Notes: generated from the letters alone by a model not told the origin. Numbered from the stretch's first letter, positions 9,597-18,633 are shown. The stretch: DNA of 64,000 bases from an uncultured Anaerolineaceae bacterium (GCA_964293995.1 CAXYYH010000003.1:5176-69175); one strand, 5' to 3'. A program made the numbers and translations.

Positions 9597-11162
9597 ATGG
9601 AACTGACACCGCTATCCTGGCTGCTGGCCTTTCTCCCCATCCTGACTGTCATGGTCCTCATGCTCGCATTCAAATGGGGAGGGATGCGTTCCAGCGCCGC
9701 CAGTTGGATCGTGACCGTGGTCGTCAGCGTGGCTTTTTTTGGCGGCACCTGGAAGATCCTCGCCTGGTCGCAGATCAAGTCGCTGTTCCTCTCCTTTAAC
9801 CTGCTCTACATCATCTGGGGCGCGCTTTTGCTCTACAGCCTGGCGAACGAAGTCGGCGCCATCCGCATGATCAGCGAGGCGATCCCCCACCTTTCCAGCG
9901 ACCGCAGCCTGCAGGTGCTCACCATCGCCTTCCTGCTTACCTCTTTTCTGCAAGGCATGGGTGGGTTTGGCGTTCCGGTCGCCGTTTGCGCGCCGATCCT
10001 CGTCAGCCTGGGCTTTAGTCCCATCCTCGCAGTGGTTCTGACTGCCATCGGGCACAGTTGGGCGGTCGCGTTTGGCTCAATGGCGTCCGCCTATGAAAGC
10101 CTCATCAGCGTCACCGCTGTCCCCGGCATCCAGATCGCCCCTTACGCGGCAGCGTTCTTCGCGCTCTCTTACGTCCCGATCGCCGGCATCATAACCGTTC
10201 TCAGCACTGGTTGGAAAAGCCTGTTGAAGACCATGCCCGCCATCCTCGCCATCAGCGCCGTGATGTCCCTCACGCTTTGGGTCCTGGTCACGAACGGGCT
10301 ATGGTCGCTTGGCTCGATCGGGCCCTCACTGATGGGCTTGCTGACCATGTTCCTGATCACCCGTCTGCCAGCCTATCGCGGCAAAGCCGAACCAACCAGC
10401 CCAACCGAAAACAAGCAAAGCTTCCTCCTGACCATCATGCCCTACATCCTATTGGTTGGAATTGGTTTTCTGATCATCCTGATCAAACCGCTCAATCAGT
10501 TTCTTTCGCGGGCGCAGTTTTCCATTGGCTATCCGGAAGTGGTCAGCGCTCTTGGGCTCGTCACCCCGGCGCAGCAATCAGACCCGATCAGGTTCTTTTC
10601 CCACCCGGGTTCGGTTTTGATGTATTCGATCCTGATCTCTTCTCTCATCTTCCATATTAAGGGCTACTTCAAAGCGGGGGCACTGCGCCGGATCCTCAGT
10701 CGGCTCGCACACAGCGCCATTGGCGCCAGCCTGGGCGTCATCACGATGGTGGGTGTTTCCACCATCATGACCCATACCGGCATGACCAGCCTGATCGCCC
10801 GCGGGATCAGCGAAGCGATCAACCGCAGCCTTTATCCCGCCATGTCGCCTTTTTTGGGCGCGCTGGGCGCCTTCCTGACGGGTTCAAACTCCAACAGCAA
10901 CATTCTTTTTGGCGTCATCCAGAAGGAGTCCGCCCAATTACTGAATCTGAGCGTGCCGCTCATCCTGGCTGGCCAAAACGCAGGGGCGTCTTTTGCTTCG
11001 GTCATGTCCCCTGCCAAATTGATCGTCAGCTGCACGACAGTTGGCCTGGCCAATCAGGAGGGAATCGTTTTGCGCAAACTACTGCCGCTGCTGCTCGTGC
11101 TGATCAGTTTGGCGGCGGTCGCGATGTTCCTCTGGGCGTTCTTCATGGGAGCGGGAGCATGA
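9597..11162 (+). CDS. lctP: L-lactate permease (LctP family)
   Basis: Polytopic membrane protein with LGAFLTGSNSNSNILFG, typical of LctP/GlcA. Start set at MELTPLSW. TATAAT lies 9 nt upstream, so the mRNA may have a very short leader or none. Confidence 0.88.
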   Translation: MELTPLSWLLAFLPILTVMVLMLAFKWGGMRSSAASWIVTVVVSVAFFGGTWKILAWSQIKSLFLSFNLLYIIWGALLLYSLANEVGAIRMISEAIPHLSSDRSLQVLTIAFLLTSFLQGMGGFGVPVAVCAPILVSLGFSPILAVVLTAIGHSWAVAFGSMASAYESLISVTAVPGIQIAPYAAAFFALSYVPIAGIITVLSTGWKSLLKTMPAILAISAVMSLTLWVLVTNGLWSLGSIGPSLMGLLTMFLITRLPAYRGKAEPTSPTENKQSFLLTIMPYILLVGIGFLIILIKPLNQFLSRAQFSIGYPEVVSALGLVTPAQQSDPIRFFSHPGSVLMYSILISSLIFHIKGYFKAGALRRILSRLAHSAIGASLGVITMVGVSTIMTHTGMTSLIARGISEAINRSLYPAMSPFLGALGAFLTGSNSNSNILFGVIQKESAQLLNLSVPLILAGQNAGASFASVMSPAKLIVSCTTVGLANQEGIVLRKLLPLLLVLISLAAVAMFLWAFFMGAGA

Positions 11163-11332
11163 AATTTAACCTCAACCCCAGCCAGAAATTCCGCCTCCAG
11201 GTCGCCATCTTTGCCCTGGAAGCGATCATTACCGTTTTCTTGTATCTTGCCCTGCGGGCGGATCATATTTTCCTGGGTAAGATCCTGTCATCCCTCCTGA
11301 TCCTCGGCATTTTCAGCCTGATCTTCCTTTAA
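11159..11332 (+). CDS. Small two-helix membrane protein (57 aa), overlaps lctP stop (ATGA)
   Basis: Not in the ORF track because it is under 60 aa. MKFNLNPSQKFRLQVAIFALEAIITVFLYLALRADHIFLGKILSSLLILGIFSLIFL. The ATG overlaps the TGA of lctP. Confidence 0.45.
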   Translation: MKFNLNPSQKFRLQVAIFALEAIITVFLYLALRADHIFLGKILSSLLILGIFSLIFL

Positions 11333-11350
11333 TTGTTGGGCTTAAAAAAT

Positions 11351-11376
11351 GGACGGATATCCATGTCCGCCACTAC
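11351..11376 (+). repeat. Family-2-like degenerate hairpin (copy F) between convergent genes
   Basis: GGACGGatatccatGTCCGCcaCTAC. Compare with copy D, GGACGGGG..CCCCGTCCGCTAC. Confidence 0.4.
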
Positions 11377-11415
11377 ATAGGCAACCAAAGGTGCGCAAGG
11401 ACGATCTTTCGTCAA

Positions 11416-12408
11416 TTAATTTTCATCAACCAGCCGTGCGCCTTGACCAACCCCAGCCTGATAGATCTGTTTGACACCAGGGAGCTTGCCAAGCTCCTGC
11501 AGCGCCCAATCAACTTCATTTTTAAGCGTCAGGACGTGCACATTCGGGCCGGCATCGACTGTGCAGCAGAGCGCGTGGCCCGCTTTGCGCCACTGTTTGA
11601 CCTGCCAGAGGATGATCTCTGTCTCGGGCAGCCAATAGACCAGCGGAGGAGTGCTGGTGCGCATGACCGCGTGCATAAATTCGGAATCTTCCTCAACCAC
11701 ATCCGCGAAAAGGGCAAAATCCCGCTCGAGAATGGCTTTGCGGCAAAGTTCGACCCGTTCCGCAACGCGTTCCTGACGAAGGGCATGCAGGGGTGAAGTG
11801 TGGGCGAGGGTGTGCCCGGCGGTTGAACCGACCGTTTTGTGCCCGCTGTCGAGCACGCAAATCAGATCGACCAGGTCCCAATGATCGGCAGGCGCGATCG
11901 AGTAAGCGAAAGAGTCCGCGTCGCCTTCCCCAGCCTGCCACTGGACAAAACCGTCCGGTATGGAACGGCTGGCAGAGCCGGAACCGCGCCGGGCGATCCG
12001 GGAAAGCTGGCTTTCGGAGAGCTTCAATCCGATTGCGGTTGAGGCAGCCAACGCCAGGGCGGCAAAGGCTGAAGCTGAAGAGGCAATTCCAGCTCCAGCG
12101 GGGAAGTTATTCGCGCTGTCCACTTGCGCGTAGATATCATGCCGCGCCAGATTTCTTACCAGGTCCAGAAAATCAGCCACACGTTTTAAGGAAGCGCCTT
12201 CCTGCGCTCTTCCCTCCAGTACAAAGCGATCTTTTGTGAATGATGGATCAAAAAGAACCGTTGTGCGCGTTTCAAGCCCGGCCAGATTGCTGGAAAGGGA
12301 GGAGTTGCAGGGCAGGCGTAAGGCATCATCGCGGTTCCCCCAGTACTTGATAAATGCAATGTTGGGGTGCGCGATGGCAGTTGCGGTCATTAATTCTGGA
12401 CTTTTCAT
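11416..12408 (-). CDS. mvaD: Diphosphomevalonate decarboxylase family (GHMP); possibly phosphomevalonate decarboxylase
   Basis: N-terminal NIAFIKYWGNRD motif and a GHMP-type Gly/Ser-rich segment PAGAGIASSASAFAAL. Confidence 0.87.
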   Translation of the reverse strand: MKSPELMTATAIAHPNIAFIKYWGNRDDALRLPCNSSLSSNLAGLETRTTVLFDPSFTKDRFVLEGRAQEGASLKRVADFLDLVRNLARHDIYAQVDSANNFPAGAGIASSASAFAALALAASTAIGLKLSESQLSRIARRGSGSASRSIPDGFVQWQAGEGDADSFAYSIAPADHWDLVDLICVLDSGHKTVGSTAGHTLAHTSPLHALRQERVAERVELCRKAILERDFALFADVVEEDSEFMHAVMRTSTPPLVYWLPETEIILWQVKQWRKAGHALCCTVDAGPNVHVLTLKNEVDWALQELGKLPGVKQIYQAGVGQGARLVDEN

Positions 12409-12526
12409 GGCAGTTTCGTTATGATTAATCTCCGTGGTGGTTTAGGATCCTTTCCATAATCATAAACCAAACCATGCCAACCGCAAGCGTTTTGCGGGCA
12501 AGCAGATCATTACAGGAGAGTGACAA

Positions 12527-13339
12527 ATGAGCGAACAGAAAAAAGTTTCTCAAAACAGTGAGAAAGTATCAGGATATAAAGACAAGAAAATTACAACGGT
12601 TTTTGACCAAAAAGGGCGCATCAGGCGCGTTTTTTCCCAGAATCTGAACCCAGAGCGCAAAGGGCAAAGCGAGTTGGCGAAAATGATCGATCACACCCTG
12701 CTTAAGGCAGACGCGACCGTAACACAGATCAACAAACTCTGCCAGGAAGCGCTGGATTATGGCTTTGGGGCGGTGTGCGTGAACGGTTACTGGGTCAGGC
12801 ACTGCAAGCGGGTTTTGGGCGGCAGCCAGGTGAAGACCTGCGGTGTCGTTGGATTCCCCATGGGCGCCATGGCGACCAAGACCAAGATCAGTGAGACAAA
12901 ACGGGCTGTTAAGGATGGCGCGGTTGAAGTTGACATGGTCATGAACATCGGCGAATTGAAAGCCGGAAATCTGGCTGCTGTCGCGCGCGATATTCAGGGT
13001 GTTGTAATGGCTGCGCATGCGGGAGGGGCGATCGTGAAAGTGATCATCGAGACCTGCCTGCTGACCGAAGATGAAAAGGTTACCGCCTGTTTGTTGGTGA
13101 AAGAAGCCGGAGCTGATTTTGTGAAAACTTCTACTGGTCTCACGACTGGCGGAGCAACGGTCGAGGATGTGGCCTTGATGCGCGGCGTGGTCGGCCCCGA
13201 GATGGGCGTTAAAGCCGCGGGCGGCATTCGTACCTATGAGGATGCTGTTCGCATGGTCGCGGCTGGAGCGAACCGCATCGGCTCTTCTGGCGGTATCCAG
13301 ATCGTGGAAGAAGAATTGCGCCGCAAAGCTGAGGGATAA
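12527..13339 (+). CDS. deoC: Deoxyribose-phosphate aldolase with about 50-aa basic N-terminal extension
   Basis: IDHTLLK, DMVMNIG, FVKTSTG (Schiff-base Lys), GVKAAGGIR. AGGAG lies 8 nt upstream of the ATG at 12527. Confidence 0.9.
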   Translation: MSEQKKVSQNSEKVSGYKDKKITTVFDQKGRIRRVFSQNLNPERKGQSELAKMIDHTLLKADATVTQINKLCQEALDYGFGAVCVNGYWVRHCKRVLGGSQVKTCGVVGFPMGAMATKTKISETKRAVKDGAVEVDMVMNIGELKAGNLAAVARDIQGVVMAAHAGGAIVKVIIETCLLTEDEKVTACLLVKEAGADFVKTSTGLTTGGATVEDVALMRGVVGPEMGVKAAGGIRTYEDAVRMVAAGANRIGSSGGIQIVEEELRRKAEG

Positions 13340-13504
13340 AGCATTGTTCTCCTGATCTTGTCCATGGATAGAACGCAGGATTTGAGATCATGGCGAGCTT
13401 TTCTTGACAATGCTCAAAAATGGTATACTTGAAGTGAAATTAACTGAAATCTAACTCAGGGAATATACCTTTCTGCTTCTGCATATATTAAAAGGAAGGA
13501 AATT

Positions 13505-14245
13505 ATGGCAAAGAAAAGTTCCGGAAGTTTATTATCTTCCTACCGAAAAAAACGACGAAGTAATAAGTCAATCCTTATCGCACTGGCAGCCTTGTTGGTT
13601 CTGATTGGCCTGGTGCTGATCGTCCTGTGGGCGACTGGTGTTTTAGGTGACGGCGGAGGAATTTCGCTGTTCAGCACCAAAACTCCCACGCCAACCATGA
13701 CCTTTACGCCAACCCCGGTGACCCCAACCAATACGGCGACGATCACGAGCACACCGACCGAGACGCCCACCATTACCCCCACTCCAACGCTGGACGGGCC
13801 TTTTGATTATATCGTGCAGGCTGAGGATTTTACCTGTTATGATGTGGCGGTGAAGTTTGATGTCAGCCTGGACATGCTGTTTTATGTCAACGGTATTGGT
13901 TTGGGTGAACCCTGCATTATTCGCGAAGGTCAGGTCATCAAGGTGCCGCCGAGCTGGCAGGAAATGCCAACTTCAACGCCGGTTCCAACCGATCTTGCTC
14001 CCGGTACGATCATCGACTACTATGTTGAATCCGGAGCGAACTGGATTACAATCACACGGTTCTTCCGTTCTACGATTCCGCAGATCATCGCCGAGACAAA
14101 CCGCTATCGGACAGCCAACCGCATTACCCCATTATTGAGTGAGACATCACTGCTCAATGTTGGCGATCTCCTGAAAATACCGGTAAATATCGCAACTCCG
14201 ATTCCGAGTGCAACCCCAACCCGGACGAGCACACCGAATCCATAG
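13505..14245 (+). CDS. Membrane-anchored LysM-domain protein (two LysM repeats, Thr/Pro linker)
   Basis: N-terminal TM helix, TPTPT-rich linker, LysM-like YIVQAEDFTCYDVAVKF...VIKVP and YYVESGANWITI...GDLLKIP. Confidence 0.85.
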   Translation: MAKKSSGSLLSSYRKKRRSNKSILIALAALLVLIGLVLIVLWATGVLGDGGGISLFSTKTPTPTMTFTPTPVTPTNTATITSTPTETPTITPTPTLDGPFDYIVQAEDFTCYDVAVKFDVSLDMLFYVNGIGLGEPCIIREGQVIKVPPSWQEMPTSTPVPTDLAPGTIIDYYVESGANWITITRFFRSTIPQIIAETNRYRTANRITPLLSETSLLNVGDLLKIPVNIATPIPSATPTRTSTPNP

Positions 14246-14264
14246 GATTCGACGCAAAAAACAA

Positions 14265-14297
14265 ACAAGCCCTTCGCAAGAGGGGCTTGTTCTTTTC
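14265..14297 (+). terminator. Rho-independent terminator after LysM gene
   Basis: acaagccc/gggcttgt stem followed by tcttttc. Confidence 0.75.
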
Positions 14298-14335
14298 ATG
14301 AAAATTGAAGACGAAGAATTTGATGTAAAGAGGCA

Positions 14336-14383
14336 GCGGACGGGGACAAGCGCTGCTTCGCGGGCACAGGCCACCGTCCGTAC
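14336..14383 (+). repeat. Family-2 hairpin repeat, copy C (solo)
   Basis: gcGGACGGGGacaagcgctgcttcgcGGGCACAGGCCaCCGTCCgtac. The 15-mer aggcagcggacgggg is identical to copy B. Confidence 0.75.
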
Positions 14384-14398
14384 ATTTTACTTATCCTG

Positions 14399-15433
14399 TT
14401 ATTTTGCTAAGGTTATTAACTTTCCATCTTCGATCGCGGACTGGAAGAGGGCGTCGATCACGACCATGTTTTTGACCGCGTCGGCAAGGGGATAAAGCGG
14501 TTTTTCTTTCCGAACCGCGACCTGATAAAAATGCTCGATCAGGTTTTGATAGGTGTTTTCGCTGCGGTAGTTTGTCCTGGTGTGGTCATCGCCGCGCTCC
14601 AACAAAATCGAGACCCCTTTATTGTCCTGGTTGAAAGGCCAATCGAGGGTCATGATGCCTTCGGTCCCAACGACGCGGGCAAATTGCTGGCGGGTAGCAT
14701 TGAAAGCCACCTCGAAGGTGCCGTAGATCTGATCGCCATAATCGAGACTGGCGAGCATTTGCAGGTCGACTCCCGAACCGCCTTCGTGATAGCGCGCCTG
14801 AACGGCGATCGGTTCGCGCCCGAGCATCAGGCGTTGGAAATTAACACAATAACAGCCAAGGTCATACAGCGCGCCGCCTCCCATCCCCGGCACCAGGCGA
14901 AAGTCATCCGGGTTTTCGAGCGGAAATGTGAAACTGTTTTGAATAAAGCGCACCTTCCCTATCTCGCCCTTTTTGATCATCTCAATGGCTTTCGGAATAC
15001 GCGGGTGGTGGCGATACATGAAGTTTTCCATTAACACCAGCGATTTTTCAATGGCAGTCCCGACCATCTGCTGGGCCTCATCCGCGTTCAGGGCGAAGGG
15101 TTTTTCAACCAGCACATGTTTGCCGGCCTGCAGGGCTTTGATCGTCCAGGGCATGTGTTCGTGATTGGGCAGAGGAATGTAAACCGCGTGGACGTTGACA
15201 TCGCGCAGCAGATCGTCATAGCTGCCATAGGCGACCGGCACGCCGACTTTATCGGCAAAGCTGCGCGCGCGGGTTAGCTCACGGCTGGCAATTGCCACCA
15301 CATTGTTATGTTTGGCGTTCTGGATGGCTGGAATGACCTTCCCGTTGATGCGGGCGGTGCTAAGAATGCCCCAGTTGAGTTCGGGCTTCCTGAATAAATT
15401 GCCTGTAAGTGTTTTCGATGATAAGATATCCAT
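14399..15433 (-). CDS. Gfo/Idh/MocA family oxidoreductase
   Basis: N-terminal Rossmann segment WGILSTARI, VLVEKP motif, about 340 aa. Confidence 0.88.
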   Translation of the reverse strand: MDILSSKTLTGNLFRKPELNWGILSTARINGKVIPAIQNAKHNNVVAIASRELTRARSFADKVGVPVAYGSYDDLLRDVNVHAVYIPLPNHEHMPWTIKALQAGKHVLVEKPFALNADEAQQMVGTAIEKSLVLMENFMYRHHPRIPKAIEMIKKGEIGKVRFIQNSFTFPLENPDDFRLVPGMGGGALYDLGCYCVNFQRLMLGREPIAVQARYHEGGSGVDLQMLASLDYGDQIYGTFEVAFNATRQQFARVVGTEGIMTLDWPFNQDNKGVSILLERGDDHTRTNYRSENTYQNLIEHFYQVAVRKEKPLYPLADAVKNMVVIDALFQSAIEDGKLITLAK

Positions 15434-15531
15434 GTTTACTCACTTATCTTAAAATTAATGAACCAAGGGTTTTGTTTGACCAATTATAATCTATCCACAT
15501 CCAAAGAAAACAAAGGATAAAAAGGAGAAAA

Positions 15532-16737
15532 ATGCTTCCACCAGAGATCATCAGCGAAATTCAACAAAAAACAGAGGAAAAGAGGGATGATATCGTTCGC
15601 TTCATGCGTGAGATCTGCGCCATCCCCAGCTACGAATCCTTGATCGGGCCGGTTGGCGAGCGCATTGCCGAAGAAATGCGCAAATTAGGATTTGACGAAG
15701 TGCGATTTGACAAAATGGGCAATATTTTAGGCCGCATCGGCAACGGCCCGCGCACGATCGTCTTCGACTCGCACATTGATACGGTAGGTGTCGGTGATCC
15801 TGAAGAATGGCAGTGGGACCCCTTTGAGGGCAAAGTTGAAGACGGCGTTTTGTATGCCCGCGGAGCCTGCGATGAAAAGGGTTCCACCCCCGGCATGGTC
15901 TACGGCATGTCCTTTGCCCGTGATCTGGGTTTGCTGGACGGTTGGACAGCCTGGTATTTCGGCAATATGGAAGAATGGTGCGATGGTATCGCCCCAAATA
16001 CTTTTGTCGAAGTTGACCCCGGTATCAAACCCGATTTTGTGGTCATCGGCGAGCCGACTAAAATGCTGGTCTACCGCGGACACAAGGGCCGCATTGAAAT
16101 GAAAGTTACAGCCAAGGGCGTTTCAGCTCACGCTGCCAGCAATCACGTTGGCATCAATGCCATCTACCTGCTTCTGCCTGTGATTGAAGGCATTCGCGAT
16201 CTTGAACCTTCTTTGGGAGATCATCCCTTCCTGGGCCACGGCAAGATCACGGTTTCGGATATGACCGTGAAGACCCCCAGCATCAACGCTGTTCCTGATG
16301 AGGCAGTGATCTACATCGATCGGCGCATGACCTTTGGCGAAACCGAAGAAGAAGCCATCGCGCAGGTGGAAGCCCTGATCCCAGCGGAGTTTAAGGAGCG
16401 TGTGACGGTTGAAGCGCTTTTCTACGATGAGCCATCTTATACCGGCTTTGTCTTCCCGGTCGAAAAGTATTTCCCCGCCTGGGCTTTGGACGAAGATCAC
16501 GATCTGGTACAGGCTGGCTTGAAGGCGCGCGAGCTGATCGGTCTGGACTATGAGCCGTCCGGCAAGTGGTCGTTCAGCACCAACGGTATTTATTGGGCTG
16601 GCAAGGCTAATATTCCATCGATCGGCTTTGGCCCTGGCGATGAGGTGACCGCCCATACCGTGATGGACAGCGTCAGGCTGGATGATGTCGTCAAGGCGAC
16701 CGAGTTTTACGCGATCCTGCCGAGCCTGATCCCGTAA
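15532..16737 (+). CDS. M20 metallopeptidase, YgeY-like (selenium-metabolism-linked hydrolase family)
   Basis: HIDTVG and GACDEKG. Collinear similarity, from memory, to E. coli YgeY: VYRG.(K/R)GR.E, IDRR.T.GET, YFP.W...EDH, KW.FSTNG, IGFGPG.E..AH. Confidence 0.82.
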   Translation: MLPPEIISEIQQKTEEKRDDIVRFMREICAIPSYESLIGPVGERIAEEMRKLGFDEVRFDKMGNILGRIGNGPRTIVFDSHIDTVGVGDPEEWQWDPFEGKVEDGVLYARGACDEKGSTPGMVYGMSFARDLGLLDGWTAWYFGNMEEWCDGIAPNTFVEVDPGIKPDFVVIGEPTKMLVYRGHKGRIEMKVTAKGVSAHAASNHVGINAIYLLLPVIEGIRDLEPSLGDHPFLGHGKITVSDMTVKTPSINAVPDEAVIYIDRRMTFGETEEEAIAQVEALIPAEFKERVTVEALFYDEPSYTGFVFPVEKYFPAWALDEDHDLVQAGLKARELIGLDYEPSGKWSFSTNGIYWAGKANIPSIGFGPGDEVTAHTVMDSVRLDDVVKATEFYAILPSLIP

Positions 16738-16752
16738 ACGTGAAGATGTAGA

Positions 16753-16785
16753 TCAGAGCCTCCCGAAAGGAAGGCTCTGATTTTT
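16753..16785 (+). terminator. Rho-independent terminator after ygeY-like gene
   Basis: tcagagcct/aggctctga stem followed by ttttt. Confidence 0.8.
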
Positions 16786-16797
16786 AAGAAAGGAAAG

Positions 16798-17505
16798 ATG
16801 ATCGTTCGCTGTGTCTGGGAACATAATAAGAATGACAGCTTGATTTATTCAAGTAATGTCATTGGCGCATTTACCCGTGGAGCTTCAAAAGAAGAAGCTC
16901 TGAATAAAATGCCGATGGAAGTGAACTCCTGGTTTTTCTGGGCAGGAGAAACCCCGCCAACTTCCATTAAAGCAATGATCACTCAGGAAAAAGTAAGTGA
17001 CCTTTGCATTAAAGATGCCGATTCTGATGTCTTGTTTGAGACAGAAAAAGAAGACCTGTCCATCGGACAATATACGCGGTTAAAATCGCTGATACTCAAA
17101 TCTGCAAGTGACTTTCTTAGCTTATATGACTCCTTCCCAGATAAGGAGCGAAGTGTTTTGCCTGAAAGAAAGACCTTTTACGGAACAACCCCTCGGACTG
17201 CTTCGGAAATGTACATCCACACCAAAAATGTCAACGCGTATTACTGGGGTGAGATCGGACTGGATGCGTCCAATGAGGGATCGATCCTGGAAAACCGTTC
17301 GCGCGGATTTGAGGCATTGGAAACAAGGGGTGACTTTTTATCGGGAAAGGTGTATGACGGCAGCTATGGGGAACAATGGTCAATACCAAAGGTGTTGAGA
17401 CGATTTCTCTGGCATGATCGTATTCATGCCAGGGCTTTGTATCGAATGGGAATAGCGACTTTTGGTACCGGGGCTGTTCCTGATGTTTTTAAATTCGGGT
17501 TCTGA
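16798..17505 (+). CDS. Hypothetical protein, HicB-like N-terminal fold fused to DinB-like C-terminal domain
   Basis: The N-terminus VWEHN...IYSSNVIGAFTRGASKEEAL resembles HicB/UPF0150. The C-terminus has a His-rich RRFLWHDRIHARALYRM DinB-type helix. AT-richer than its neighbours. Confidence 0.6.
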   Translation: MIVRCVWEHNKNDSLIYSSNVIGAFTRGASKEEALNKMPMEVNSWFFWAGETPPTSIKAMITQEKVSDLCIKDADSDVLFETEKEDLSIGQYTRLKSLILKSASDFLSLYDSFPDKERSVLPERKTFYGTTPRTASEMYIHTKNVNAYYWGEIGLDASNEGSILENRSRGFEALETRGDFLSGKVYDGSYGEQWSIPKVLRRFLWHDRIHARALYRMGIATFGTGAVPDVFKFGF

Positions 17506-17594
17506 AAGCCCCAGCACATCGGCCTTACCGAACCTTTTTCTGAAATAGCAATGATTGATTATAATAAGCAAAACTATTCACTTAGGAGAGAAAA

Positions 17595-18575
17595 ATGCAA
17601 ACATTTCTGCACGGACGAGACCTGATCGGCGATCTTGATTTTTCCAAAGAGGAGGTCGAAACCGTTCTGGACGTCGCCTGGGACCTCAAACGCAAACGCG
17701 CGCTCAACGAGCCGCATGCCTACCTGCGGGATAAAGTTCTGGCAATGCTCTTTTTCTTCAGCAGCACCCGCACCCGCGGCTCTTTTGAGGCGGGCATTGC
17801 CCAACTCGGCGGCCACGGCGCCTTTATCGAAAGCAGCACCACCCAAATATCCCACGGTGATACCGCCAAAGAGATCGGCGAGATCTACGGCCGTTACTTT
17901 GACGGGATCGCGATCCGCCACTGCGACTGGCAGGTTGGCAACGCTTACCTCAACGAGGTCGCGCAGGCTAGCCGCGTGCCGGTTTTGAACATGCAGTGCG
18001 ATATTTATCACCCCTTCCAGTGCCTGGCTGACCTGATGACGATCATGGAGAAAAAAGGACGTGATCTGAAGAAAAAGAAGATCGTTGTTTCCTGGGCATA
18101 CGCGGCTTCGTACCTGAAGCCAATTTCCGTGCCGCAGTCGCTGATCATCCAGATGCCGCGTTTTGGGATGGATGTTACCCTGGCGTACCCGAAGGAATTC
18201 CCGTTGATGCCCGAGATCGAACAGCAGGCCGCTGATGAAGCCAAAAAATGGGGCACCTCTTTTGAGATCGTCCACGATATGGACGAGGGTATGAAGGATG
18301 CCGACGTGATCTACGCCAAGAGCTGGGGGCCCTTGCTGACGACAGCCGATCCAGCCAAGGGCAAGGAATTGCAGGATTCTTACAAAGATTGGATCATGGA
18401 CCAGCGCCGCCTGGAACTGGGCAAACCGGACGCGATCTATATGCATCCTTTACCCGCCGACCGCAATATTGAGGTCACGGATGAGGTCATTCTGGGCCCC
18501 AACTCGGTCGTTTATGATGAGGCTGAGAACCGCCTGCACGCGCAGAAAGCTGTCATGGCTTTGACCATGAGCTAA
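17595..18575 (+). CDS. Knotted-type carbamoyltransferase (YgeW / acyl-ornithine transcarbamylase-like)
   Basis: STRTR, HPFQ and MHPLPA motifs. SWAYAASYLKPISVPQSLIIQMPRFGMDVTLAYP resembles YgeW and AENRLHAQKAVMAL resembles AOTC, both from memory. Confidence 0.85.
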   Translation: MQTFLHGRDLIGDLDFSKEEVETVLDVAWDLKRKRALNEPHAYLRDKVLAMLFFFSSTRTRGSFEAGIAQLGGHGAFIESSTTQISHGDTAKEIGEIYGRYFDGIAIRHCDWQVGNAYLNEVAQASRVPVLNMQCDIYHPFQCLADLMTIMEKKGRDLKKKKIVVSWAYAASYLKPISVPQSLIIQMPRFGMDVTLAYPKEFPLMPEIEQQAADEAKKWGTSFEIVHDMDEGMKDADVIYAKSWGPLLTTADPAKGKELQDSYKDWIMDQRRLELGKPDAIYMHPLPADRNIEVTDEVILGPNSVVYDEAENRLHAQKAVMALTMS

Positions 18576-18602
18576 GTCTCTATTGGTTTTTGCAATTAAT
18601 GG

Positions 18603-18633
18603 ACAATGGTGGCAAATCGCCACCATTGTTTTT
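18603..18633 (+). terminator. Rho-independent terminator after carbamoyltransferase gene
   Basis: acaatggtggc/gccaccattgt, an 11-bp stem followed by tttt. Confidence 0.85.

Noticed and set aside
15532-18575. In-frame TGA / selenoprotein signal in the selenium-linked ygeY/ygeW-type genes
   Set aside because: Both ORFs are full length without internal stops, and I saw no truncated ORF followed by a SECIS-like hairpin.
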